Origin: a virus
IMG/VR virus record: IMGVR_UViG_3300008516_000114
Location: 1 to 64,000 of that record
Direction: 5' to 3' (one strand)
Length of the DNA stretch: 64,000 nt
A model generated the notes under the pieces. The model saw only the letters and a program-made list of their open reading frames with translations. It had not been told where the DNA came from and made no database searches. Position 1 is the first letter of the stretch, and every line of letters starts with the position of its first letter. Positions 1 to 9,275 of this stretch are shown here, piece after piece. The position numbers were made by a program, and so were the translations under genes.

Positions 1-402
1 AAGGAAAAAATAAAAGTAGATTTTAATCAAGGTTTAGATATTCGCTTAATAGATGATGATAAAGCAAAATTACTTTCAAAGATAAAGATATGGAAACAAT
101 TGAGATTTGCCTGGGATGATATTAAAATAGAAAAATCCGTAATTAAAGGAATAAGTATTCTTAAAAAATATATGCCGGCAAGTAGATTAATGTTTTATGT
201 ACTTACAGGATTTAATTCTAATGAAGATGAAGATTTGTATAGAATAGAAACATTAAAATCTTTGTGTGTTGATCCTTTTGTGATGGTTTATAACGCACAT
301 AAACAAACAAGAAGAAAAATAGAATTAGCAAGATGGGCTAATCTTTATTGGACAAGGAATATTTTATTCAATAAATGGTTAGAACTTAGAAAGATTAAAT
401 AG
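1..402 (+). CDS. Partial (5'-truncated) phage radical-SAM-like protein, C-terminal part
   Basis: Frame is open from base 1 (KEKIKVDFNQGLDIRL...LRFAWD...YVLTGFN...PFVM), a pattern typical of the C-terminal half of phage radical-SAM-like proteins; the CxxxCxxC motif would lie outside the window. Confidence 0.55.
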   Translation, partial: KEKIKVDFNQGLDIRLIDDDKAKLLSKIKIWKQLRFAWDDIKIEKSVIKGISILKKYMPASRLMFYVLTGFNSNEDEDLYRIETLKSLCVDPFVMVYNAHKQTRRKIELARWANLYWTRNILFNKWLELRKIK

Positions 403-409
403 GGGAATT

Positions 410-994
410 ATGGAAGAAAAATTAGCAGTATTAGATATAGACAAAATGACACAGGAGCAGCGCGGCGAGATTGCATTTAATAAGCATAATAAAATAATAC
501 AATTAGGAAATAGTTTACAGAAGAACTTTTGGGGAATGGCAAAAGAGTTATGGGAAATCCATTATTATAAGTTCTATCAGGATCTGGATTATGAAACCTT
601 CGATGAATATATACAACAACCGGAATTAAAAATCCATAGGGCATGGGCTTATATTTTATGTCGTGTCCATGAAATCTATGTATTGAAATTACAGATTCCC
701 GAAGATCGTTTATTAGGTACTGATATAAGCAAACTCAATGACATAGCACCTTATATCAATACAGATAACCAGGAGGAATTATTAGATACCGCACAAGAAC
801 TATCACGAAAGGATTTGAAAATATATCTGGATGGCAACAAAATATCTTCAAAATCAAATATTAATAATTTAATGATAGAACCGGGGGTTTACCGATTAAT
901 TAGAGCCAGTGATTGTGTAAAGCCTGTTGGGAATTTCGAGAAGCGACGGGTGGAGTTTTTCAGGGATGATGTTGGGATTGTGATAAGGATTTAA
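410..994 (+). CDS. Hypothetical phage protein
   Basis: 194-aa ORF with GGGGA RBS; YQDLDYETFDEY segment common in phage proteins. Confidence 0.6.
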   Translation: MEEKLAVLDIDKMTQEQRGEIAFNKHNKIIQLGNSLQKNFWGMAKELWEIHYYKFYQDLDYETFDEYIQQPELKIHRAWAYILCRVHEIYVLKLQIPEDRLLGTDISKLNDIAPYINTDNQEELLDTAQELSRKDLKIYLDGNKISSKSNINNLMIEPGVYRLIRASDCVKPVGNFEKRRVEFFRDDVGIVIRI

Positions 995-1175
995 GATTGT
1001 TGTTAAAATGGCATTTACTAAAGATATACCTCTATAAAATGTTTTGTCTGGATTGGTATAAATGCATGAGAAAATCATGGAATTATGAGATATATAAAAA
1101 CTGCAAGCATTGTCCCTTATTTGGTTTTAAAGGAGCTGGAGATACTTATAGAAAAACAATAGAAAAGGAGAAATT

Positions 1176-1286
1176 ATGAAGATAGATAATTATAATTTTG
1201 TTGTGGGAAGAGGTTGGAGTCGTATAGAAAGACGCAAAGAAGATTATACAGATGGTGATATACTTGCATTGGCACACACAAGATGA
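1176..1286 (+). CDS. 36-aa peptide translationally coupled to the helicase (not in ORF track)
   Basis: AAGGAG RBS, ATG at 1176, TGA overlapping the helicase ATG (ATGA); ends DILALAHTR. Confidence 0.45.
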   Translation: MKIDNYNFVVGRGWSRIERRKEDYTDGDILALAHTR

Positions 1287-2155
1287 ATTTAAATAAGCAA
1301 CAGCGAGAGATAATAGAATCTGGGCACAAGTGTATAGTAGTATCTGCCGGTGCCGGTACAGGTAAGACCAGGGTACTTACCGAGCGGATTAAATACCTAT
1401 TAGAAGTCAAGAAATATTCACATTATGATATACTTGCATTGACATTTACAAGATACGCTGCACAGGAGATGAAGAAAAGATTGGAAACAGCAAAAGTAGA
1501 AATTATGACCTTACATGCCTTTGCTTTGCATTGCCTGAAGCAATATGGTTCAAGCATAGGATTACACAAGAAAATTGATATCATAACAGAGACAGAGCGA
1601 GATAATATTATCAAATCAATAGCGGAAGATAGTGGGTTGAAAATAAAGAGAGACTTCAAATATTCAGAAATGATATGGGATATGAATAGTATAAAACCAG
1701 AATATAAGATTATAATATTAAACTATTGGCAGATTTTAAAGAAATACGAATTAATGGACTATGATAAATTGATTTTTGCTTTTAATGAATTATTGGATAA
1801 AGACGAATCTGCAAGAAATAAGTTGCGCAACAGGTATTTGCACATTTTAATCGATGAATTTCAGGATACCAATAATCATTTATGGGGTATTATTCAGAAG
1901 ATCAATCCTAAGAATCTATTTATTGTCGGTGATGTTGATCAGAGTCTTTATGCCTGGAATGGAGCAGAGCCTTATATTATGATAGAGTTAAGCCAAAATA
2001 GCAATTGGCAATTATACAAATTAGAGCGGAATTACCGTTGCCCCATCGATGTAATAACAGCAGTAAATAGCCTGATTCTCAAAAACGAGAAAAGAATTGA
2101 AAGGGAATTATTTACTAAGAATGAAAGAGAAGGATTGCTGGTTACTAATTGTTAA
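1283..2155 (+). CDS. UvrD/PcrA (SF1A) helicase, N-terminal half
   Basis: Walker A AGAGTGKT, motif Ia ILALTFT, Walker B IDEFQD, motif III VGDVDQSLYAW, motif IV LERNYR; stops before motifs IVa, V and VI. Confidence 0.92.
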   Translation: MNLNKQQREIIESGHKCIVVSAGAGTGKTRVLTERIKYLLEVKKYSHYDILALTFTRYAAQEMKKRLETAKVEIMTLHAFALHCLKQYGSSIGLHKKIDIITETERDNIIKSIAEDSGLKIKRDFKYSEMIWDMNSIKPEYKIIILNYWQILKKYELMDYDKLIFAFNELLDKDESARNKLRNRYLHILIDEFQDTNNHLWGIIQKINPKNLFIVGDVDQSLYAWNGAEPYIMIELSQNSNWQLYKLERNYRCPIDVITAVNSLILKNEKRIERELFTKNEREGLLVTNC

Positions 2156-2180
2156 TTATGAATTGTGAATTTTTAATTAA
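2146..2180 (+). repeat. Heptamer tandem array (T/G)AATTNT x5
   Basis: taattgt taattat gaattgt gaatttt taattaa; contains the stop codon of the helicase N-half. Confidence 0.85.
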
Positions 2181-2197
2181 AAGGAAGGAGATAGAAG

Positions 2198-2446
2198 ATG
2201 TTGGATAATGAAGAAAAATCAAAGAAATTATTTAAGGTAACATTACAAGGTTTATCTAGTAGTACGAATATTTCATTCCATGAATCTTATGTGATTGCAA
2301 AAAACCCAGATGAAGCGTATAAAAAAGTACGTAAATGGCTTGATGAAAATAATTATGGTTTTAAGGACGAAAGAGAAATGGATACAATCGAATTAATTGC
2401 TGATGAATATAAGTATAATAATATAAGAGTACCTCTTTTTCTATAA
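2198..2446 (+). CDS. Small hypothetical protein inside the helicase interruption
   Basis: 82-aa ORF with strong AAGGAG RBS. Confidence 0.7.
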   Translation: MLDNEEKSKKLFKVTLQGLSSSTNISFHESYVIAKNPDEAYKKVRKWLDENNYGFKDEREMDTIELIADEYKYNNIRVPLFL

Positions 2447-2447
2447 A

Positions 2448-2599
2448 CAGAAAACGGATTAAAAAATTCTAATCCACACTCGTTTTTTGATAGTCCGGTG
2501 GGTATATAACCAACTGTAAGTGTGGCATCGGCTAGGTGAAAATCAGTATTACAAAAAACAAAAGTCAATACATGGTGTATATAAATCATAAACCTATCA
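2448..2599 (+). ncRNA. Candidate structured RNA with pseudoknot
   Basis: Stems 2448-56/2481-89 and 2491-2500/2526-34, further hairpins, and a 7-bp long-range pairing CCACACT (2474-80) with AGTGTGG (2519-25). Confidence 0.5.
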
Positions 2600-2603
2600 C
2601 GTC

Positions 2604-2635
2604 AAAGCGGGGTTTTACTGGTTTTACCCGCTTTT
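2604..2635 (+). terminator. Intrinsic terminator-like hairpin
   Basis: AAAGCGGG...CCCGCTTT stem followed by a short T run. Confidence 0.55.
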
Positions 2636-2649
2636 AAAATTTGATTAGT

Positions 2650-2901
2650 ATGAAAAGAAACAAAAAAATAGAACCCTGTAAATGTCCCAAATGTGGTAAC
2701 GCCTGGCAATTTATTTCCGAGGCAGCAAAAGGATGGGAAATATTAAATGGCTGGAAAAACATACCATTGAAAACAATAAAGTTATGCCCTGATTGTGATC
2801 CGGAGTTGAAAAAATCAATGTCAGAAAGAAACAGAATGAGAACACGAAATTATAGCAAGAAAAAAAGGCAATTTAAAAAACCATCAAAGGAACTTGCATG
2901 A
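2650..2901 (+). CDS. Zn-ribbon small protein inside the helicase interruption
   Basis: CPKC...CPDC pairs, basic C-terminus; TGA overlaps the ATG of the helicase C-half. Confidence 0.65.
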   Translation: MKRNKKIEPCKCPKCGNAWQFISEAAKGWEILNGWKNIPLKTIKLCPDCDPELKKSMSERNRMRTRNYSKKKRQFKKPSKELA

Positions 2902-3710
2902 GAATCAATGAGGATTTAGGAAGGATATTAATAGAAACTGTCCACTCGGTTGGACTGGAGAAAGAAATTGCTATTTTATGTCGAACAAATAGTAATGTTG
3001 CATTTGCGTATAAGGTATTACAAAATGTTGATATTCCCTGTTTTCGTTGCGATAGATCGGTTAAAATGAATTCGGCAAAATTCAGATTCCAGGTTTCCGC
3101 ATTAAGGCTTCTATATAACAAGTATAACGATATGGCTTGCCGATGGATATATCAATATTATTATCCTAATGATATGCTGCTTTTGAAGAAATGTGAATTA
3201 CATGCAATGGAAATGGATAAATCACTTGTCGAGGTTTTAGCAGAAAATATTGATTGGTTTAAATACTTTCTTAATAATGAGAATTTTAAATATGCTTATG
3301 ATGCTGTAAATGTATTTTTGAAGGAATTGCCATTAAAAAACGGTGGTATAATAGATGATTATGAAACCGGATTAGAATCAATGGTTGAGGAAAACCCACA
3401 TATTCCGTTAGGTGATTTCCTTGCTAATATGAGTTTAAGAAGTGTACAAGATGAACTGTTTTCAGCACAGACAAAGGAATATAGAATAAAGATAATGACA
3501 GTACATGCAAGCAAGGGATTGGAATTTGATAATGTAATAATATTTAATGCTGTGCAGGGGACATTCCCGCTATTGAGAAAGAATAGTGATTATGAAGAAG
3601 AACGGCGGATTTTTTATGTGGCGATGACAAGAGCGATAGAGAGGCTTTTTATTTTGACAGTTAGCGATAGAGAAAGTCAGTATTTGAGAGAAATAATGAA
3701 AGAGGATTAG
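2898..3710 (+). CDS. UvrD/PcrA helicase, C-terminal half
   Basis: IAILCRTN (IVa), motif V MTVHASKGLEFD, motif VI EEERRIFYVAMTRA; AAAGGA RBS. Confidence 0.92.
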   Translation: MRINEDLGRILIETVHSVGLEKEIAILCRTNSNVAFAYKVLQNVDIPCFRCDRSVKMNSAKFRFQVSALRLLYNKYNDMACRWIYQYYYPNDMLLLKKCELHAMEMDKSLVEVLAENIDWFKYFLNNENFKYAYDAVNVFLKELPLKNGGIIDDYETGLESMVEENPHIPLGDFLANMSLRSVQDELFSAQTKEYRIKIMTVHASKGLEFDNVIIFNAVQGTFPLLRKNSDYEEERRIFYVAMTRAIERLFILTVSDRESQYLREIMKED

Positions 3711-4568
3711 ATGGCAAGAATGAGATATATAAAACCAGGATTTTTTCTTAATGACGAATTAGCAGAGATTAATCCATTAGGTAGAATATTATTTGAAGGA
3801 CTTTGGTGTTATGCAGATAGAGAAGGTAAACTTGAAGATAGACCAAAACGATTAAAAATGGAAATATTACCCTATGATAATTGTGATATAAATAAATATT
3901 TAGAAGAACTTAAAAAAAGGGAGTTTATTATAAGATATTCAATTAATGGGAATAATTATATTAAAATAAAAAATTGGAATAAACATCAAAGTCCTCATGT
4001 AAAAGAACAGGATAGTATCATACCAGAACCAGATAAAAACAATGTAAACATCATACAAACACAGGATAAAAACAATGCAAGCACGCCTTTAACTATAACA
4101 GATACAGATACAGATACAGATACATCAAATCTTGATTTGACACCTTTTCTATCAATTTCATTAAAATTTCATTGTAAACAAAAAGAAGATGGTTTATCTC
4201 ATCAAGATTTTAAAAATGAATTATCAGTAAAATCAAAGATTGTTATTAGCGGTGCTGAAACTTTAGAAAAACTTCATAGAATAGAAAAAGAATCTATTGA
4301 TAATATTAAAAAAGTTCTTCGTTTTATATTGAAAGATACTGGATATGAGGATTGGGGTGGTTGGAAACCAAACGTTGTTTCTCTATCTTCACTGAGAAGA
4401 AAAAAAGATGGTGAAATAAAATATTTTAAGATTAAAAATTCAATGACTCATAAAAAAAGCAAAACATATACTTACGACCAAATGGGAGTAGCAATAGCTC
4501 AGAGGGGTTACAAATGGGAAGATTTTGAAGAAATTGAAAAAGATAAATGGATATTAAAGAATAAATAA
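3711..4568 (+). CDS. Phage replication initiator / replisome organiser
   Basis: MARMRYIKPGFF...GLWCYADREG...NWNKHQ N-terminal domain, (TD)n linker, position upstream of DnaB. Confidence 0.75.
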   Translation: MARMRYIKPGFFLNDELAEINPLGRILFEGLWCYADREGKLEDRPKRLKMEILPYDNCDINKYLEELKKREFIIRYSINGNNYIKIKNWNKHQSPHVKEQDSIIPEPDKNNVNIIQTQDKNNASTPLTITDTDTDTDTSNLDLTPFLSISLKFHCKQKEDGLSHQDFKNELSVKSKIVISGAETLEKLHRIEKESIDNIKKVLRFILKDTGYEDWGGWKPNVVSLSSLRRKKDGEIKYFKIKNSMTHKKSKTYTYDQMGVAIAQRGYKWEDFEEIEKDKWILKNK

Positions 4569-4581
4569 AAATTAAGGAGAA

Positions 4582-5487
4582 ATGATGTCAACAAAAATAG
4601 AATGGTGTGAAGAATCTTGGAATCCCGTGACTGGATGTACTAAGATTAGCGAAGGTTGTAAGAACTGTTATGCTGAGCGAATGGCAAAGAGATTAGCAGG
4701 CAGATTTGGTTATCCGAAAGACGATCCCTTCAAGATTTCAATAAATACTGGTAAACTTAATCAACCATTACATTGGAAAAAGCCAAAAATGATCTTTGTA
4801 TGTAGCATGGGCGACTTATTTCATACCGACGTACCAAAATGGTTTCTCGATAGAATCTTTGATAGAATATTTTATGATGGTATAAGTCACCACAAATTTT
4901 TGATATTAACAAAACGTCCTCAAAACATGTATGATTATTTTAAGGAACTTAATTTGGATATACCAGAGAATGTTTGGCTTGGTGTATCCGTAGAGAATCA
5001 GAAAACCGCCGATGAACGTATTCCGATATTATTACAAATACCAGCGAAGATTCGTTTTGTTAGCATTGAACCAATGCTGGAATCAATAAACCTGAAAATA
5101 GAACAAACTTATGAAACAGCAGGAACAATGGCGAATAGATTCTTTAAACAAATTCCCAAAGGACTTGATTGGATTATAGTCGGTGGTGAATCTGGGCATA
5201 ATGCAAGACCAATGCACCCGGATTGGGTAAGAAAAATAAGAGATAATTGTATACAAACAGGGACACCCTTTTTCTTTAAACAATGGGGGAAATGGATGCC
5301 AGCCAAAGAGGAATTTCCTGGACTTTGCCGAGGTCAAAATCAAGAGACTTATAGTTTAATTGGTAGTTTAAGAAATATCAAAAGGATTGATAAAGAAACA
5401 TTAATATTACCTGTTGGCAAAAAGGAAGCGGGACGATTATTAGATGGTAGAGAATGGAATCAATATCCTAGAAAGGATTTAAGATGA
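4582..5487 (+). CDS. Phage Gp37/Gp68 (DUF5131) family radical-SAM-like protein
   Basis: KIEWC..SWNPVTGCTKISEGCKNCYA, SMGDLFH, LTKRP, GGESG, FFFKQWG. Confidence 0.9.
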   Translation: MMSTKIEWCEESWNPVTGCTKISEGCKNCYAERMAKRLAGRFGYPKDDPFKISINTGKLNQPLHWKKPKMIFVCSMGDLFHTDVPKWFLDRIFDRIFYDGISHHKFLILTKRPQNMYDYFKELNLDIPENVWLGVSVENQKTADERIPILLQIPAKIRFVSIEPMLESINLKIEQTYETAGTMANRFFKQIPKGLDWIIVGGESGHNARPMHPDWVRKIRDNCIQTGTPFFFKQWGKWMPAKEEFPGLCRGQNQETYSLIGSLRNIKRIDKETLILPVGKKEAGRLLDGREWNQYPRKDLR

Positions 5488-6056
5488 AAGTTTTATATTT
5501 TGATACTGAGACAACAGGGCTTGATCCTATTAAGAATGATATAATTCAGATTGCAGGAATAATTGAAATAGATGGGGAAATTAATACAGAATTTTGTGTG
5601 AATTGCCAACCTTTTAATTATAATAATATTACACAAGAGGCACTTGATACGAATGGATATACTATTGAACAGATTAGAATATTTGATAACCCTGCTAAAG
5701 TTTATCGTATATTGATAGCAATTTTTGAAAAATATATAGATCGCTATGACAAGGACGATAAATTTTATCCAGCCGGTCAGAATGTGCGTTTTGATGTAGA
5801 TTTTCTAAGACAATTCTTTATAAAAAATGGAGATAAATATTTTGGTTCTTGGTTTAATTATCATGCAATTGACTTAATGGCTTTAACAGCAGTTTTGAAA
5901 TATACAGGATATATTGATGTTGAAAATTTAAAACTTGAGAGTATTGCAAAGTATTTTGATTTTGAATTCAAATCGCATAATGCTCTTGAAGATATAAAAA
6001 CAACAAGGCAAATATTAAAGAAAATAATATCAAATTATTTAATAAGGTCTAATTAA
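5484..6056 (+). CDS. DEDDh 3'-5' exonuclease (DnaQ-like)
   Basis: FDTETTG, GQNVRFD, HNALED motifs. Confidence 0.9.
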   Translation: MKVLYFDTETTGLDPIKNDIIQIAGIIEIDGEINTEFCVNCQPFNYNNITQEALDTNGYTIEQIRIFDNPAKVYRILIAIFEKYIDRYDKDDKFYPAGQNVRFDVDFLRQFFIKNGDKYFGSWFNYHAIDLMALTAVLKYTGYIDVENLKLESIAKYFDFEFKSHNALEDIKTTRQILKKIISNYLIRSN

Positions 6057-7387
6057 TGGATATAAGAATACCGCCATATTCAGATGAAGCAGAGGAATCG
6101 GTTTTAGGGGCTATGATACTTAGTAAGGAAGCAGTGGAAAAGGCTATGTCAATTATTAATCATAGTGTTTTTTATAAAGAGAAACATAATACAATATTTA
6201 GAGCAATGAATTCTTTGGTTAACGAGGGTGAAGCAGTAGATCAAGTAACAGTTATTAACTGGTTAAAGAAGAACAAGGAAATAGACTCGGTTGGTGGAGC
6301 GTATTATATAACAGGACTTGTGGAATCAACGCCATCGGCAGCAAATATAGAGCATTATGCAAATATTGTACTTGAAAAATATCTATTAAGAAAGGCAATT
6401 TTAATATGCGGCGAAATAGAATCAGATGCCTATGATTCAAACGATTCTGCTGAGAATATTATTTTAAATGCACAGAAAAAGATATTTGATTTATCCAGTA
6501 GCAGGATAAAAGGGAAGTTTGTAAAGATTGAAGATTGCATGACTGATTTCATTCAAGAAACAGAGAATATTAAAAAAAGCGGGAAGCCACCCGGATTAGA
6601 AACAGGGTTTTATGATTATGATAGATTATTGGGGGGATTACAGCCTGGATTATTGTACATATTAGCTGGAAGACCTTCGATGGGTAAAACTGCTTTTGCA
6701 TTAGCGATAGCAGAGAATATAGCATCAAAGAGTATTTCAGTAGGTATAATATCACTTGAATCATTAACTCTCAGGCTTATAAGAAGATTGGTTATTAGAA
6801 AGGGATTATTAAATTCCCAGATATTCAATACAGGTCAAATATCCGATGGGGAATTTGACCAAATAATGAAGGTAGTAGATAAAATCTGGAAGTTACCGAT
6901 TTTCATAGATGATTCTAATGATAGCGATATCAATCAAATTACTTCTAAATCACGGATGTTGAAAAGAATAGAGGATATTCAATTATTGATTATTGATCAT
7001 CTACAATTAACAGGGAAAGATACAAAAGAGAGGGATAATAGGAATACAGAATTAGGTGTGATTTCAAGAGGATTGAAATCATTTGCAAAAGAGGTAAACA
7101 TACCAGTTTTAGCATTATCGCAATTGAGTAGAAAATGCGAGGGCAGGATGCCGACATTATCAGATTTAAGGGATTCCGGAGAGCTTGAACAAAATGCAGA
7201 TACGGTTACATTTATTTTCAGACCCGAAGCAGTTGGAATTAAACAGATAGAGGGAAAAGATACAAAAGGAATTGCAAGATTAAATGTGGCAAAGAATCGT
7301 GATGGAGAAATAGGAGAATTCAGGCTTGCATTTAATAAGAAATCTATTGCATTTGAGAATTATAGTTCCGGAGAAATTCCGTTTTGA
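6056..7387 (+). CDS. dnaB: Replicative DNA helicase DnaB
   Basis: PPYS.EAE.SVLG N-domain, AGRPSMGKT, IIDHLQL, LSQLSR, DLRDSGELEQNAD, AKNRDG. Confidence 0.95.
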   Translation: MDIRIPPYSDEAEESVLGAMILSKEAVEKAMSIINHSVFYKEKHNTIFRAMNSLVNEGEAVDQVTVINWLKKNKEIDSVGGAYYITGLVESTPSAANIEHYANIVLEKYLLRKAILICGEIESDAYDSNDSAENIILNAQKKIFDLSSSRIKGKFVKIEDCMTDFIQETENIKKSGKPPGLETGFYDYDRLLGGLQPGLLYILAGRPSMGKTAFALAIAENIASKSISVGIISLESLTLRLIRRLVIRKGLLNSQIFNTGQISDGEFDQIMKVVDKIWKLPIFIDDSNDSDINQITSKSRMLKRIEDIQLLIIDHLQLTGKDTKERDNRNTELGVISRGLKSFAKEVNIPVLALSQLSRKCEGRMPTLSDLRDSGELEQNADTVTFIFRPEAVGIKQIEGKDTKGIARLNVAKNRDGEIGEFRLAFNKKSIAFENYSSGEIPF

Positions 7388-7459
7388 CCCATGCTTCGCC
7401 TACGGCTACGCAGGGCAGGCAGAGCACCCATGCTACGCCTATGGCTACGCAGGGCAAGG
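7387..7459. repeat. Two tandem copies of a ~33-bp REP-like hairpin element
   Basis: ACCCATGCT(T/A)CGCCTA(C/T)GGCTACGCAGGGCA at 7387 and 7426. Confidence 0.85.
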
Positions 7460-7478
7460 TATTTGAAGGGAGTTTAAT

Positions 7479-7625
7479 ATGATAAAAGTTATTTGGTTTG
7501 GGAGATGTCCTAATTGTGGGAGTTTTGAAATAAATGATTATTTATGGGGATATGTTTGTGGAGAATGTGGACATGTTGAATTTTATGTAAAAGAAACATT
7601 TGAGATTTATAAAAAGGAGAAATAA
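7479..7625 (+). CDS. 48-aa Zn-ribbon protein (not in ORF track)
   Basis: GGGAG RBS; CPNCG...CGECG. Confidence 0.6.
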   Translation: MIKVIWFGRCPNCGSFEINDYLWGYVCGECGHVEFYVKETFEIYKKEK

Positions 7626-7627
7626 TT

Positions 7628-7939
7628 ATGGGTAAAAAAATATCAAATATTAATTGTATTTATTATGAAGATTATGGTAATTGTAAAAAATCTGGTGGAA
7701 TATGTATAGAGGCTGATTTTCTCAATAAAACATGCAAGTATAAAAAATCATATAAAAAGCCACCCCCACCTCCACCCCCACCAGAATTAGTGCTGGTTTT
7801 ACCACTTAAAGATGAACTGATATTAAAACATTGTCACGCATGTATAGAACTGAATAAATTTTGTCTGGAATGCCTTTCAATAGAGGGTGACAATACGAAA
7901 GAGAGGATGGTAAATAAGTCAAATCTGGAAGGATATTAA
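7628..7939 (+). CDS. Cys-rich hypothetical protein with poly-Pro run
   Basis: AAGGAG RBS; PPPPPPP; several Cys residues. Confidence 0.55.
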   Translation: MGKKISNINCIYYEDYGNCKKSGGICIEADFLNKTCKYKKSYKKPPPPPPPPELVLVLPLKDELILKHCHACIELNKFCLECLSIEGDNTKERMVNKSNLEGY

Positions 7940-7942
7940 AAC

Positions 7943-8785
7943 ATGGTAAAGCGAAGTGATGAAATAGTTTGGAAAGAGTATACGATTCAATCTTTGCAGG
8001 TGGAATTAAAAAGTAAGGGTAGAAATCTAACCGAGAAGACAATATACCAAAAAGTGCGTTTAGGTGGTTTTGGAGTTTATGAATGTCTTGACGGATTGAA
8101 GGAATTTTTATTAAAAAGCAATGCAGTTGATAGTTACTTGAACCCGCTGATAAAAATTAAGAAAAGGGCAAAAGAGAAAATAAAGCATATTTTGCGGCCC
8201 AAATATAGCGAGGATGAGGCGAGGGAATTAGCGAAGAAAATGATAGATAAGGAGATAGAATCTAATTCATCATGGGTAAGAGATAAAGATAAAGATTTTG
8301 AAGGGGAGAAGATAAAGCGGATAGATAACTACATACAGATGAAATTACAGGAAGTAATTGTAGCTATTATTGATGAAAAGGCTTTGAAGGAAAATGCCGA
8401 AGAAACCAAAGAATTGCCACAGGATACTTTAAATTATATAAACACACGCTATTCAATTAAGTCAGAACGTGATTTTTTTATTAATAGATATTTTGGATAT
8501 TTGGATAAATACAAATCTTTAGAGATTGATGATCCGATTATGGACACAGTGCTAAGAAATGCGATTGATGATGAATTGAAGATTAATTATTTAAGATGGT
8601 TAGCAAATCGTCTACCAACCGATGATAGCGTAACCAGTGCTTTAGATAGTGCAATCAAAAGATGGAATGATATGGTAAGTAGTTTAGGATTATTGTTGAG
8701 AAGAGGACAAGCACCACCACCACCGCCGCCACCAAAAGAAACTGATAAGAAAGGACATGAATTATACAATGAAGAGATTGAATAA
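7943..8785 (+). CDS. Hypothetical helical protein, possible terminase small subunit
   Basis: 280 aa, mostly helical; last large ORF before TerL. The small-terminase call rests on position only. Confidence 0.4.
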   Translation: MVKRSDEIVWKEYTIQSLQVELKSKGRNLTEKTIYQKVRLGGFGVYECLDGLKEFLLKSNAVDSYLNPLIKIKKRAKEKIKHILRPKYSEDEARELAKKMIDKEIESNSSWVRDKDKDFEGEKIKRIDNYIQMKLQEVIVAIIDEKALKENAEETKELPQDTLNYINTRYSIKSERDFFINRYFGYLDKYKSLEIDDPIMDTVLRNAIDDELKINYLRWLANRLPTDDSVTSALDSAIKRWNDMVSSLGLLLRRGQAPPPPPPPKETDKKGHELYNEEIE

Positions 8786-8791
8786 GAGATC

Positions 8792-8826
8792 AAATTGTGC
8801 ATTATGAATTATGAATTTTTAATTAA
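8792..8826 (+). repeat. Heptamer tandem array x5
   Basis: aaattgt gcattat gaattat gaatttt taattaa. Confidence 0.8.
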
Positions 8827-8836
8827 AGGGGTAATT

Positions 8837-9061
8837 ATGATTAATTGGATTCGCAAACAAATAGATATAATTTATTTTCATCAACAAAAAAAAATCAAAG
8901 AATTGAAAATAAGTAAAGAATTTCAGTCTGAATTATTGAAAGAAACAAGACCACTTTTAGTACACAGTAATGTTAAGCTTGATGGTAAATTAAAATTTCA
9001 AGGGATTGAAATAGTTGATGCAAATAATAACATTTTATTTGATTGGGATTATGATGAATAA
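8837..9061 (+). CDS. Small hypothetical protein
   Basis: AAGGGG RBS before ATG 8837. Confidence 0.5.
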   Translation: MINWIRKQIDIIYFHQQKKIKELKISKEFQSELLKETRPLLVHSNVKLDGKLKFQGIEIVDANNNILFDWDYDE

Positions 9062-9257
9062 TAATAATAATAATATAGAAGAACATCCTTGTGCTGTAAC
9101 AAGATGTCCTAAAAAGACAAAAAACCCCCGAATGTTTTTATCATCATTTCCAGTTTATCTATGTGAAGATCATTTTGATATTCCATTGATTTTAATTGAT
9201 GGCAAGATACAAACATATAAAATAGAAAAAGATAATTTAAAATTTTTATCTTTGTAA
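9051..9257 (+). CDS. Small Cys/His hypothetical protein
   Basis: CAVTRC...LCEDH putative metal-binding motif. Confidence 0.5.
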   Translation: MMNNNNNNIEEHPCAVTRCPKKTKNPRMFLSSFPVYLCEDHFDIPLILIDGKIQTYKIEKDNLKFLSL

Positions 9258-9275
9258 TTAAAAGTTGGAGATGAT

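Noticed and set aside
2505-2545. Cobalamin riboswitch (AACTGTAA, GGTGAAAATC)
   Set aside because: The motifs are in the wrong order, and the GGGAA and B12-box elements are missing
2156-2897. Group I/II intron or IS element interrupting the helicase
   Set aside because: No GTGYG 5' end or domain V, no convincing P7 (R/S) pair, no terminal inverted repeats or transposase; the C-half has its own RBS
4095-4125. (ACAGAT)n repeat as origin iterons
   Set aside because: Encodes the common TDTDTD linker of phage initiators; too short to call an origin
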